From Aplysia californica (taxonomy: Eukaryota), in contig NW_004797452.1 in the NCBI RefSeq assembly GCF_000002075.1, forward strand, positions 969,726 through 1,033,725: DNA of 64,000 bases, written 5' to 3'. The notes beneath the pieces are model-generated. The model had not been told where the DNA came from and did not search any database. It saw only the letters and a list, made by a program, of their open reading frames with translations. The number at the start of each line of letters is the position of its first letter. The stretch's first letter is position 1. A program made the position numbers and the translations under genes. Shown piece after piece: positions 39,377 to 51,964 of this stretch.

Positions 39377-40905
39377 TTACTTTTTCCCAATAATGGGAGA
39401 AACTGGCATTTTGCTTCCATCCATGATCTCTAGAAGTTTCTTATACAAATCAACGTCCCGGGGATTAGACCATAGTTTTGATTCGGAAGCAGAATTAATA
39501 CGAAGGTAGTACGGTGTCGCGAGGCTGTACTGGTTCCACATGGCTCCTCCTTTGGGCACGGTTGACGTTGGGTTCCCTGTCTTGACAAAGTTGGTCCACA
39601 GTTCCATCATCTGTGTAGATACCAGAATGTCTGTAGCGTCCGGTGGACCAAAGCTACTGTCGGCCCACTCTTTCGCTTGGACATCAAAAACGAAGGAGAG
39701 CTCCTGTCCATGTTGAGCTGACATCCATTGAGGTACTTTGCTGAAGCTTGGTCTGTGGTTAAACTCATACATGTAGTGTCTCTTTTCTGGGGCAGTGCGC
39801 ACAACGTCGTTTAGCTCTACTAGAGTTGGGGCCACAAATGTAAAACTGTCAACGGCATCCAGAGATTCTCTCTGTAGTAAGTCATGGTTTAAAGTATCTG
39901 TGACGAACGTCGACAGCATCAATTTTAGAACCTTTTGAAGATCTAGATTGGAAAACTGCTTAAGCAGAGGTGCAATAACTTCTTGTTTAGCCACTTCCAT
40001 TGTAACCGGTTTTGGGGGATGTTGGTTGAAAACAGTGACAGCAACTCCAATCTCATCACTGTTAAATCCCCTCAGAGTGTCTACGTGGTGAATCTGGCCC
40101 CGTGAGAGAAGTGTAACTGGCGACTCTGGCAAGAAGCCAAATGTTGTCTCAACCCTAGGAGTCATTATAATACCGGCATCTACAGCTTTGGTCACGGAGA
40201 TAGAAATATTCAGCAACGTTCCTGCATCCACTTGCTGCAAGCAGGACAAAAGTGAAGTTGAATTCTCCAAGTCGTCACACCCAGCTGCCACGCTAATCAA
40301 CCTAGCTATCATTCGAGCAGTTACTCGATTTGCGGGGAATTGGAAAGCCCATGGAGAAAGAGAAGCACCGCTCTCCATAATCGCTCTGTGGAACAGACCT
40401 TTGGCGAGAGGTGACAAGGTCAGGAGAGAGACACTTCCCGAGCCAGCACTTTGTCCAGAAATGGTTACTTGATTTGGGTCACCTCCGAAAGAAGCAATGT
40501 TATCTTTTACCCATTTAAGAGCAGCAATCTGGTCCAGCATTCCGTAATTTCCAGGCATCGTGTCGTCCTCCGTTGACAAGAACCCAAAAAGACCGAGTCT
40601 ATAGTTGATGGTAACCATGACAACCCCTTTTGTTGCTAGCGACGCGGCATCATACTGGGATCCTGATCCTAAAGTGTACCCTCCTCCGTGTATCCACACC
40701 ATGACGGGCATTAGACCTGTAGCATTTCCTTGAGTGGGAGAGTAGACGTTTAGGTACAAACAGTCCTCACTTCTAGGCGGAATGTCCCCGTTGTGAAGAG
40801 TCACTGTTGGTGCTGCTCGTTGTGAGCACTGGTTCCCGAAGGTAACTGCGTCTCTGACTCCACTCCACGTGTCTGGAGTAACAGGCGCTTTAAAGCGAAG
40901 CGGTC
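39377..40905 (-). CDS. Type-B carboxylesterase (cholinesterase-like fold), large coding exon 2
   Basis: GPLRFKAP, SEDCLYLNVYSP, VMVWIHGGGY, NYRLGLFGFL, GQSAG (Ser), GFNSDE (Glu), AQHGQEL (His), WTNFVKTGNP. Acceptor ttttttcag at 40906-40914 (minus), phase 1. AATAAA (minus) at 39347-39352. Confidence 0.95.
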
Positions 40906-40919
40906 CTGAAAAAAAGTAC

Positions 40920-41350
40920 ATTAGCCCTTCTTTAGTGGGTGACCATGCCACTCCAGATAGACAGGGAGACAAAAACCGTTTTATGTCGGGTACGTATCGT
41001 TTTTACTGTTATGCATATCCTAATAGATTGTCCAGACTTTGGAGCGACCCGAAGGAGATATTTCAAATGGACTAATTTGAAGAATTTGTTTTCCATCGTT
41101 GATTGCAACAGGGTTTTCGATTTAGTTAAGACCATGGGTCTTTAGATATAGATGTAAATAGTGTTATCATAAAATATGTATTACTGCTGAGTTTTTTAAA
41201 TATTATTATCTTTAAATAACTCAACCTTTTCGACTCGCAACGTAAAACCAAGCCGTGCTATGAAATAACGTGAAAACAATCAACTTGTGCCCCGCGCGCT
41301 CATTATGACATTAATCATTAAGCAGCTGCGAGCGCCTAAAGCTTTTTTTT
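40920..41350 (+). mobile_element. 3' end of I/Nimb-clade-like LINE, antisense in the carboxylesterase intron
   Basis: TVLCRVRI..TVMHILIDCPDFGATRRRYF...LFS...VFDLVKTMGL; tail gcgcgctcattatgac...gcagctgcgagcgcc at 41294. Confidence 0.7.
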
Positions 41351-41959
41351 TAACCAAACTTAAAACATGCCCAAATAAATACATACCACCTTATAGCCCT
41401 ATCAAATACACGCTTAACATACGCACATATAACACACCCACACACAAAAGTGCTGACANNNNNNNNNNNNNNNNNNNNNNNNNNNNNNNNNNNNNNNNNN
41501 NNNNNNNNNNNNNNNNNNNNNNNNNNNNNNNNNNNNNNNNNNNNNNNNNNNNNNNNNNNNNNNNNNNNNNNNNNNNNNNNNNNNNNNNNNNNNNNNNNNN
41601 NNNNNNNNNNNNNNNNNNNNNNNNNNNNNNNNNNNNNNNNNNNNNNNNNNNNNNNNNNNNNNNNNNNNNNNNNNNNNNNNNNNNNNCTTGCAGACATAAA
41701 GATAATATCTATGTTAATTTTTCCCATACCAGTATTTTTCCAACTTCCAACTTTCTCATTCATTCAACCAGCCAAAAAACCTCCTGCCTCTGGTGTATCT
41801 GCAAGGCACTTTGCCGTCGCACGCAGAAATGAGTTCTGGTCAGCCGTTTTGTATGTGATTTCATAGGTTTTTTTTGTATTGTTTGTTTGTTTGCTTGTTT
41901 GTCTATTTTTGGGGGTTGACTTATCGACAGTTTTCGTCTGCTTGCTATGGCCGGGTGTT

Positions 41960-42730
41960 GGTTGTTTTGGAAAGTGTTTTACGGCGCTTGCAACTGCATA
42001 CAGTCATAAGAGCGCGCAGGACACATAAACATTTTTTAGTTTGGTAGGAATTACTTTTGAATTTTTCCCGAGTAGCGACCGAAGCATACTCTTATCGATT
42101 TTGGATCACCAGGGAATCTTTAACGCGTGCAACTTGCACACGGGACCTTTGAGACTTTTTAGCCTTTATCCGAGAAGGCAAGGTGTTAGGTCTCACTACC
42201 CTAAGATAAGGGGTGTGACGGAAAGACAGCAGTAAGAAGGAGCCAAGAAGTAGCAATTTCAAGGCTGCAGAAAGAGATAGGAGCTCAGAGTAGGGGGCAA
42301 GGGAGGGGGTGGGGTAGGGGCAGAAAGCGGAGACGAAAGCAGACGACAGAAAATCGTTAGAGAATAGGAAAGGAGGTGAAAAGAGAAAACTGGTCGCTTT
42401 TAAGCACAAGGGGGCTATCCCGAAAAATGCTGTTTTGAGAAAATCGAAGGTAAAGTTTTTGCCCCTTGTTCAGTTTCATTAAAAGACGAGGGGATTTTCT
42501 ATATGACCAAACACATATACACACCAATGAAACTAAACTTCTCCTATAGGTAGGGCAATGCCCATTTTTTGTGTAAGTCAAGATTTCTGGAAACCCCCGA
42601 AATCTGGGTTAGCCCGCTTGTCCTTAAAAGAGACCAATTTTAGAGAAGAAAATTTTCCGTCGCTGTCAGGTTTCAAACCCGGCACCTATTGAATGGAGGC
42701 AAACACAGTAACCTCCAGACCATGGGAGCG
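41960..42730 (-). mobile_element. Same Nin-type SINE family, interrupted by a MITE at 42392-42635
   Basis: Reverse complement aligns with 36867-37394: tail and core at 41960-42390, tRNA-like head at 42640-42730. Confidence 0.85.
42392..42635. mobile_element. Second copy (opposite orientation) of the same MITE, nested in a SINE
   Basis: TIRs GGTCGCTTTTAAGCACAAG / CTTGTCCTTAAAAGAGACC; flanks aact/aatt; interior is the reverse complement of 9802-10071. Confidence 0.8.
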
Positions 42731-44595
42731 TACGAGACTGGGTTTACCTTGATAAACAGGATCGACAAAGTCTGACTCTTAAATGATCTAAATTGAGTCA
42801 ATAAGGTCGTAAACCATCTATAATTAATATTATTTAAAGTCAAATTTGCACTCATGAAATAACGTGTCTTAGAAAAACGTTGAAGTTCACGAGAAGAGAC
42901 AAACGAAGAATCGAAGACCCTAGACATCAAGTGTGTTTCGAAAAGAACATGAAATACACGGAGAGGCAACAAAAAAGTGATATATATGGACAAGAGAATG
43001 GGGTCACAAGAGCCAGTCTATAAAGTCTCGAACATGCGAATCGATTGCTTCAACTTCAAGGCAAAAATAAGGCCACAAAAAAGATGGCTCGACGGAGCCC
43101 TGGATACCCTCCAAAGAAGAATAATAAGACATTTTAAAATACCAAACACTTGGCCCACGTCCTGCAACAAGTGCATGTCCCCTCGACATATTGTGGTATA
43201 AGAGGACAGCAAAAGTCAAAGTAAAGTTGTCCTCTCTCGCTGGACCAAGAACAAACATTTCTTGCTCACAATTGAGACGGTTCAAGTTTGAAACCTGATT
43301 GGAATTGAATCTCCTTGCCGTTGTAGATATACTATCCCTCTTGAAAACGTGTTCTGGCAGGGAAACCTTTTCTATCGTAAAAGTAAGTTACCCGATGCAT
43401 TCTGGGGCATTCCGACAGTCTGGTGCCCAGTTGTAAAGTCAGGTTTTTCTGTGTAAAGACGGTGTTAGAAACCCTCCAAAATAAAGCATCTTTCCTTTTA
43501 GACATTTTCCCGGCCCCTGGCTTTCTATTTTTCAATACCACTTCCTTTATTTGTCGATCTGGTAATCGTGTTTGTATGGTGTTTAATTTTGAGTCTTGAT
43601 NNNNNNNNNNNNNNNNNNNNNNNNNNNNNNNNNNNNNNNNNNNNNNNNNNNNNNNNNNNNNNNNNNNNNNNNNNNNNNNNNNNNNNNNNNNNNNNNNNNN
43701 NNNNNNNNNNNNNNNNNNNNNNNNNNNNNNNNNNNNNNNNNNNNNCTCTCTTCATTTTCTTGACACTCCCACTCCTCATTTTTCTCTGTCCCACTCTTTT
43801 NNNNNNNNNNNNNNNNNNNNNNNNNNNNNNNNNNNNNNNNNNNNNNNNNNNNNNNNNNNNNNNNNNNNNNNNNNNNNNNNNNNNNNNNNNNNNNNNNNNN
43901 NNNNNNNNNNNNNNNNNNNNNNNNNNNNNNNNNNNNNNNNNNNNNNNNNNNNNNNNNNNNNNNNNNNNNNNNNNNNNNNNNNNNNNNNNNNNNNNNNNNN
44001 NNNNNNNNNNNNNNNNNNNNNNNNNNNNNNNNNNNNNNNNNNNNNNNNNNNNNNNNNNNNNNNNNNNGTCACTCTCTTGTGTTCACTTCCTCTGCCCCTT
44101 TCTCTCTTTAGCTATCATTGCTTTCTATCTCTTTTTTGACATTCTGGTACAAATATTCCCAAGAAAAAGATAGATCAACGGAATCAAAGACGAACCTCCA
44201 AAGACACAAAACAGCGATCCAAAAGGCCACTTACCAAGCCCAAGTCCGACAATTAATTACAGCTCCACGGGACACGATTGCGGTACAAGAGGATAGAAGC
44301 TGTAAGTAAATAGGATCTACAAACCGTTGTTCATCCCTTTACTTTTACACACACAACACCCCCCCCCGGAAATTTTGCAATCCAAGCTTCGCCTGTAGCG
44401 CTGTAGATTAGCTATTTAATATAGTTCGTATCTGAGGAGAGCAATACTACTCAAATAGGAACAATAATGTGTTTCAATCCACCAGCCTAAGAAGAAACTG
44501 TGTGATAGTTCATAAAGCTCCAAAATGTTTAAGAAAAAAAAGTATTTGTGACTATTCTTCATATGAGACATCTTTAGTACAAAAGAATTTCTCAC

Positions 44596-44814
44596 CGGTC
44601 GGAGGTTTTGCAAACGGAATACCGTAGAACTTGGCCACAGGTACTTGAGTTGTGAAGTCCACCTTTCCCCTGACTGTACCGTAGCTGGTGTTGGCCATGA
44701 GGTACACGTCATTCCTCCCTACCTGTGCTCCCCTTGTCCTCCTTGTCCTCCCTGAAGACCACTACTGCCTAGTAGGGAGGTATAGAGAGCTTGGAGTAAC
44801 CAGGCTGCTGCCAT
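44596..44814 (-). CDS. Carboxylesterase exon 1 (signal-peptide exon, apparent frameshift; alternative in-frame ATG at 44698)
   Basis: DVYLMANTSYGTVRGKVDFTTQVPVAKFYGIPFAKPPTG then donor gtgag (44595-44591), phase 1, matching exon 2. ATG 44814 (MAAAWLLQALYTSLLG) is in a different frame and stops at 44721-44719. Confidence 0.85.
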
Positions 44815-44897
44815 TTTAACCGTAAGTTACAAGAAGGACAACAGCTGAACTGACAAATCAAAACTTGCAGCTGTGGTCAATTCTACTAACATCTCCC

Positions 44898-44903
44898 TTT
44901 ATA
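44898..44903 (-). promoter_or_regulatory. TATA box of the carboxylesterase gene
   Basis: TATAAA on minus strand about 85 nt upstream of ATG 44814. Confidence 0.55.
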
Positions 44904-46699
44904 CCCAACGACACTGACTACTGGACTACGATAAACTTAAAGGTCAACCAGATCTGGTGCATTTAGACCGCTTGAGGCCTACGTCAACTCTTGATAAGAG
45001 ACCAGTCTTTTCCTAACTCCACGGGTATTTCCAAGTTATTTAAAGGCAAGTAGGCTAACAGGAAGTTTCACTGGAAACAAAGGAACTGAAACATATCCTA
45101 AAACACTTTTTCACTTTCGTCTGCCTGCTTTTAAAAATGGCTCATTTCAAAATTTGCCTAGGTGCAAGGAATTTAGCATTGCACACCTGCAGGCCAGTGG
45201 ACAGACAAAATATTGTTTTCCTATAATTTAGAATTTAAAAAAACTTTAATTATATTTTTTCCATCTGCCATATATTAAATACCGCCTTATGGGTGCTTAC
45301 CTATGATTATGACAATAAACTATTTATAGCAAACCAAACCTATTTGTTCATTTGAAAAAGCTTTACCATATTGCTCACACATTTTAGTTTAAGCATGTTA
45401 AATTTTTTTCTTCCTAAAGACCGTACAGACGAAATCACATACGACGTGAAAGTACTCATCCGTCGGTTGGACAGTGTTTCATCTGCGTGGGATAAAATGT
45501 TGTGTGGATGAAAATAGGCCAAACTCTTGATTATTAGGTGCTTTCTATTTATTGCCTAATAATTATTTTACTTGCAGAAGACCTGCATTAAAGAAAATAT
45601 GTCAGAACCTTATTTTCCAATGTCCTTCATTAATGTGCTTTTAGATTCTGCCGGTCTTCCAACTTACTAGACCAACAAGATCAAACATAGCGATAAGTAT
45701 GTATCCGGTTTAATCTCGACAGTGAACAAGCTATAGATTATTCTATCGGTATAATTAGACATAGGGATGGTGATAGTAAAGGCGTCCAGACTGGCAGGAA
45801 AACTTTCACTAAAACACGAAACTGCCCTTTGTTTAGAACAGCTCTTTTCTTCTAAAATAGTTCAGTATAATCCAACATTGGAAAATTGCTTATTCTCCTG
45901 TTTGAGTACTCTGTCATGAGTACTACTGCTCCTTTCGAACGAGGGATTGTACAAATATACGATAATAACTTTGACCTGCTCCATACTAGCTATCAAAAAG
46001 AAGTACCACCCTATCTGTTCGTTTGGTCTGTCTTTCCAGTAGAAAAATAACGATTCTTTTGACCACGAAATTAAACTCTGAAGTATTTGACCGATAACAA
46101 GGTGAAAGGATTATTTTTCAGCAAAAAACCCCTGCTCTTTTATGAGTGAAATTTGTCAGCAGGGTTAAAATCCAGAAGTCACACGTCACAGTGCGCCGTT
46201 TGATCTTCATGTGCATTCAGCACATCAGAACATCTCCTGCGCTTGGAGTGCACACATCTTCCTACAAAATGTTGTTTCATACAATGGTGAGGGCTCGCTA
46301 CTGCTTTAAAATGGCTCTGGGGCCGAAATTCAAGTCACAAGGAACACTGTAAATCTTGTCCCACATGTACTCATTGGGTTCAAATCTGACAAGAACGTAG
46401 CCCGTGTATCTAATTGTGTATCCATTACGTTTTTCTGGGGGTTTTAAGAATTTAATTTCGAGCTCTATTTGAATGCCAGGAGCTGAATGTGTTGTGAAGA
46501 AATGGCAGACAGTGCTCATGTTGTCTACTGTACACTTTTAATTCTTCAATCGTGGAGTTCAAATTGAAATTGTGAATAGTCTGAGAAAGTGACGTTGTCT
46601 CACTGCCCTAAGTTCATCGGCGGTGTAGATGTGCTCAGCTTATCCTAACCTAGCAGTATTTTGGCTGTAAACGCAGTCTGTCTGTAGGCATTCTAGCTA

Positions 46700-47060
46700 C
46701 AATCTTGAAATCCTTCAGTCTGCGATGAACAGTATACCGGTTGACAAGTGAAAGTCTAGGAAATTGTCTTTCGATTTATGACAGCTGTCATGCAATGATT
46801 TCTGGGGTGCACTGTCCTTATATATTCGGTCTCGAGCTGGCATTGTTACCTTTGAACGACCAGATCTGGGTCGGTCCAGGCAATAGGCTAAGTCACAACG
46901 TACTGTTGCTTCAGTTGACTGATAGTCCTTCAGTTGAATGTTGAATGTCATCATAACAGCAGAGCTTAACATGCTGATGGCCTGGTTTTTCTGATCTTGC
47001 CTGAAAGCTACCATCTTTTTGGGGTGACAATAAACAAATGATGGCGCGGTTTTAAATAGA
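46700..47060 (-). mobile_element. Tc1-like transposase N-terminal relic
   Basis: QAISML...YQST...DRPRSGRSKVTMPARDR resembles the Tc1 HTH / GRPR linker. Confidence 0.65.
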
Positions 47061-50000
47061 TATAGACCTAAACTTCATTTTAAAAAATCAAAGAACAGAA
47101 AACATTCACCACGTGGTCGGGGAAATATTCCGAATTTTCTGTTTTTCCACTTGGGAGCTGTGATAACTAATTGAAAATCCAAAATGGTTTTTTTTTTATA
47201 ACACGTTACCTACTTTTCAGGGTACTTAGCACTACTCATTTGAAAGGTGTAGTGTAAAGACTAAAAAAGATAAGATTTTATACACAATCAAAAAGTTGTA
47301 CCTTTCTTTTCATCACCAGTATATTTTTGTTTGCGGATATAAGTCTTTTGGAGATGTACAGTTTGTATTCGTGTAAAGACCCTATTTCACGTATTTTGTT
47401 CAACAGCTTTTGAGAAGTGCTTACGTTCAGCCACCTTAGACGAAGAGGAAAGGAGAAGGAAATAGGTCTACATTGATTTCATGAAAGCAGTCGCAAAGGA
47501 GGCAGTCTTGTAGACTGTGAACGGTATGATAGTCTGTGCAATTACTGTTTCCATATTGTGGTATTTAGAAACATCACTTTTATGTCTAGCTTTTGTTTAC
47601 TGGAGGCCGTTCTTTACAGTTAGACTCTTTGTCTTGCACAGTGTAGAAATTTGCTTCTGTTACTACAGTTGGGGGGGGGGGGTATCTTTAGAAAGAATCT
47701 ATCTTTCTCTCGGCATGTTTGTATATTCCCTACAATCTGGGAAGGTCTTTACAGGAGCAGTTTAGTTCTCCTATTGCCTAAAATAATTGTTTTGAAGGCG
47801 GCATAAAACATTCACAACAGAATGCAGCAACGAAGTTTGCTTGTTGTAGTTAATCATTCAAATTACCTTCACTGTCTTTGGCCATGAAGCTGCTTTTGAA
47901 CTAAAGAAAGTTTTTTGTTGTTGTAAAAATTGTAATCAACATGGGGTTGAAAAGTAAATTTTATTTTTACTGTTTGCATTAAAGACAGCTAATTTTACGT
48001 ATCTAATACGCCTAAGCTATGTTGAAAAGAGGAACACGTTCTCAGCATATATGCTGATGATACTGTTACAATCTTGTCACAAAAATTGCAACTTTTGAGA
48101 TAAAACAAGCACACTAAAATATAACATGTGCCATGCTAGGGATCCTGGTCGGAAATCCATTAGCTTGATCTTGATCCGGTGTTGTATGTGTAGTTCACAT
48201 AGCTGTTCTACAGCCTGGCTCAATCCTTCTGTGAGACAGACTTTGAATTGGACATTCCGCCATGAAATAGCTTCATAATTCTTAAACAATCGTCAACTCA
48301 TGCCTCACCATACCCCCAGAGAAATTGAGTAAATCCTATAATTTATTGATCCCCATCTTTATTCGCGCTAATCTCATAATATATTATGCAGGGGCATGAT
48401 CAGAAAAGCGTGTTTAAAAAATAAGTAAACTAAAGGCCTGGCGTACTGGTTCGTCATTAATCAGTGATTCCACAACTGAACATATTTTTTATGGGAAAAA
48501 AGATCTTCCCTTTAACTTCAATCAGTAAATACTACAGAATAATATATATAATTTTTAGGCTGACCTTTATGTAGGAAGTTTCTTGTGTACTTTAGGAACA
48601 TCAATACTGTAAGCTTGATATACAATTTCCAATACACATTTTGCTTATTTGTCCTCGTAAAAAGTAAGACGTGGAACCATAACCATCTACATTTCAAAAT
48701 GCGGGGGGAGGGGGGGGGGGTTGTTTTGGTGGCCCAGACTCCGTCAGCAGAGTGCCTCTCGCTAGCCTAGTTTAGCACTGATATCCTCAGTAAAATTCGT
48801 CCATTTAACGTGGCTTTCCAAATATTTATAGCGCCAGTCTGCCAGAAGGTTTCAGTAGGAAGTAAGTGATGAATAGAACACGAAAAGGAACCATGTGTAA
48901 CCAAAACACTATAGGCAATGCAAATTAGAGCCTTGCTGGCACAAGTATGACAGTAGCTGGAGACAGTTTTGCTGATAACGTTACTGACGAAATACAATGT
49001 ATTTAGAATCTAATGTACTGTTCATAACAGTCATAAATCTAGATAATATATCCCTAAAAAAACTCCTGTGGACAGTTTGTGAAATCACCGACTAGGCCTT
49101 GGGATGCCACGCGGTGTTCGTGCGAAGTTGTTCGTCGCGACATTAGGCTGTGACAACAAAGTTGCGAGCCACCGTTAATATAACAGAGACACAGGAAAGA
49201 GAACATTATGTAGTGCAGCAACTTATCAGTGAACCCCTGTCGTCTTTTTAAGGCGCCTTCATATCGGCAAAGTGCTTTTTGAATGTTGACAATAAATATT
49301 AATTAAGATTTACTTGAAACTGAATGAACACTATTAGTAGCAATAAATCTCTCGTCCACTGTCACGAACCGCCCCATAATATATATGTATGGATATATAT
49401 AATATATATATATAAATAATAAAAAATAAAAATAAATAAATTACACTTTTATTTGTCCCAGAAGGGCACTTTGTTTTACAATGGCAAACATACATACATA
49501 AATACATAATTATAAATACGTACATACATAAATACATACATGCATAAATACATACATAAATACACACTATTACACAAATACAGAACAGTTTACAAACAAT
49601 GCCACTGTCGGTCGCCACTGTGCAGCGCCCTGTAATTTGAGCTAGGGTTGTCGTGTCTTGCTCAAGGACACACTCCAGTGACCACCCATCTGATCCCCGT
49701 GTCACCGACACTTGCTTGACATTGCTTGAGTCAATACTCACTACTCACTTAGCCACTGTATACTCTATTTCTATTTATCTTTGTGTCTCTCTCTCTCTGT
49801 ATGAGTGAGCAATCGCTCNNNNNNNNNNNNNNNNNNNNNNNNNNNNNNNNNNNNNNNNNNNNNNNNNNNNNNNNNNNNNNNNNNNNNNNNNNNNNNNNNN
49901 NNNNNNNNNNNNNNNNNNNNNNNNNNNNNNNNNNNNNNNNNNNNNNNNNNNNNNNNNNNNNNNNNNNNNNNNNNNNNNNNGGGAGTTCTAGCCTCAAGTT

Positions 50001-50539
50001 TCAGTGACGTGCGGGAATTCCCTAAGCAGCTGCGCGCTTAGACTGTACTTCAGTTACAAATGTTACTGAGAGATAAGACACAGCTGAGTAAGACAGAACA
50101 AAGAATAGTTATCTTTTTTTTTTGCATTATTTACAGAAAGGCGTGGCTGTACTCCAATGTATCAAGGTCTGCTAATAATAACAACAGATGTTGCCTTACA
50201 AGCTAGATCATTTCCGTGTTTAAATAAACGGAATAAGCCACTAGTTAGTATAAATACTAACGGAGGTAAATAGAAACGAACATTAATTGTTTGTGGAATG
50301 ACGTATCTGGCGTGTAATTTTTAAAAAATACGTGCGTGACCCTCTAATGAGTTTTGTTTTTTAATTAAAGGGGTTCAACCCGAATAACCTTCCGGTAGGC
50401 ATGAAATTTCTCCAGATACGTGTTGCTGACGACAACTTTCAGGAAAAGTGTATGGACACATTTCTGAGATATAAAATATACGAAGGATTACACAGTAGAG
50501 AGGAACGTAGAAGATGCTGTACTTGTTTTATGTGACTCT

Positions 50540-51835
50540 ATACTGAAACTCCTTAAAACATCTAAAACGTATATGAATGTACTTTCTGTTGATTTCCCCT
50601 CAGCATTTAATGCTATTCAACCGCATATTGTCATTGAAAAACTTCTGAGTCTGAGAGTTAGTCATCATATCGCAGCATGGGTCCTGGAATTTTTGACAGG
50701 CAGACCACAATATGTTAAGCTGAACAACAAAAATCGACCCAATCCTTTGTAACACCGGCGGTCCTCAGGGCTGTTTTGTCTCCAGTTTTGTACACAATAT
50801 ATACCAACGATCATAGAAGTATATATAAAACAACACGCTTAATTAAGTTTGCAGATGACTCCGCTATTATTGGATTAATAAACCTTGATGAAAAAGAGTA
50901 TTTCGAAGAAACATGTACGGTTTTTAAATGGTGTAATTCAACTTTTCTAAAAATGAACATCTCAAAAACAAAGGAAATGATTTTTTATTTTAGACGAGAA
51001 AAACCCACAATCACACCACTTGTAATTGAACAAGAAACAATTAAAATCACGGATTCATACAAATATCTTAATCTTACAATTGACAACAAAAATGTACATG
51101 GCAAAATCACGTAAACAATATCATTAAAAAGGTAAATCAAAGGCTGTACTTTCTGAGGAAACTTAGGTCTTCCAAACGGAATCCATCCATCCATCAGATA
51201 TTCTACATCACCACATTAGAACCTTTGATAGATTTTGATATCACTTGCCTCGGCAGTAATTTGGGAAGGTAGCACATCATAAAAATAAACTAAGTTGATC
51301 AGAAAGGCATCAAGAACAGTTGGTAGAGAACATTAGTAACTTTGAATATCTACACAAAACAAACGTTCTAAAAAAAGGCGGAAATAATGCTTAGTGACTA
51401 TAGCCACCCACTGACATCAGGATTTCAACTATCGACCCGCAGTAAAAGATACATTTCCAAAAAAGCAAGAACAGACAGATATAGAAATTCATTTGTACCA
51501 ACTGCAGTGAGGTAACTGAACACNNNNNNNNNNNNNNNNNNNNNNNNNNNNNNNNNNNNNNNNNNNNNNNNNNNNNNNNNNNNNNNNNNNNNNNNNNNNN
51601 NNNNNNNNNNNNNNNNNNNNNNNNNNNNNNNNNNNNNNNNNNNNNNNNNNNNNNNNNNNNNNNNNNNNNNNNNNNNTTGTCAGGTATTAATTTACCAATG
51701 CCATGTCTTGTTGTGAGTGTATGCGTGAGTGTACTTAACCTTAGTAACGCCTACTGCCATTGTTAACGACCAAGAAAAAATTCTCTCTGCGAGAAGAATA
51801 AAGATTATCATTGTTATTGTCATTGTCATTGTCAT
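50540..51835 (+). mobile_element. Rex1/Babar-like (CR1/L2 group) LINE RT relic
   Basis: VDFPSAFNAIQPHI, G.PQGC.LSPVLYTIYTND, IKFADDSAIIGLI, YKYL; many stops and frameshifts; (attgtc)n tail near 51810. Confidence 0.8.
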
Positions 51836-51964
51836 CGTTCGACTGAGCAATACGGTAATTATTTACCCAAGAAGTACCGAGAGAGACGATAAATAGAGCT
51901 GCAGGCCATGAAATACGAACGATTATCAGGCAAACATTTTCGTTTCAATAATCTGTTATGTTAA

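Noticed and set aside
40906-40972. N-terminal 22 aa of the 531-aa ORF call
   Set aside because: Intronic; the real exon starts at 40905 after a phase-1 acceptor
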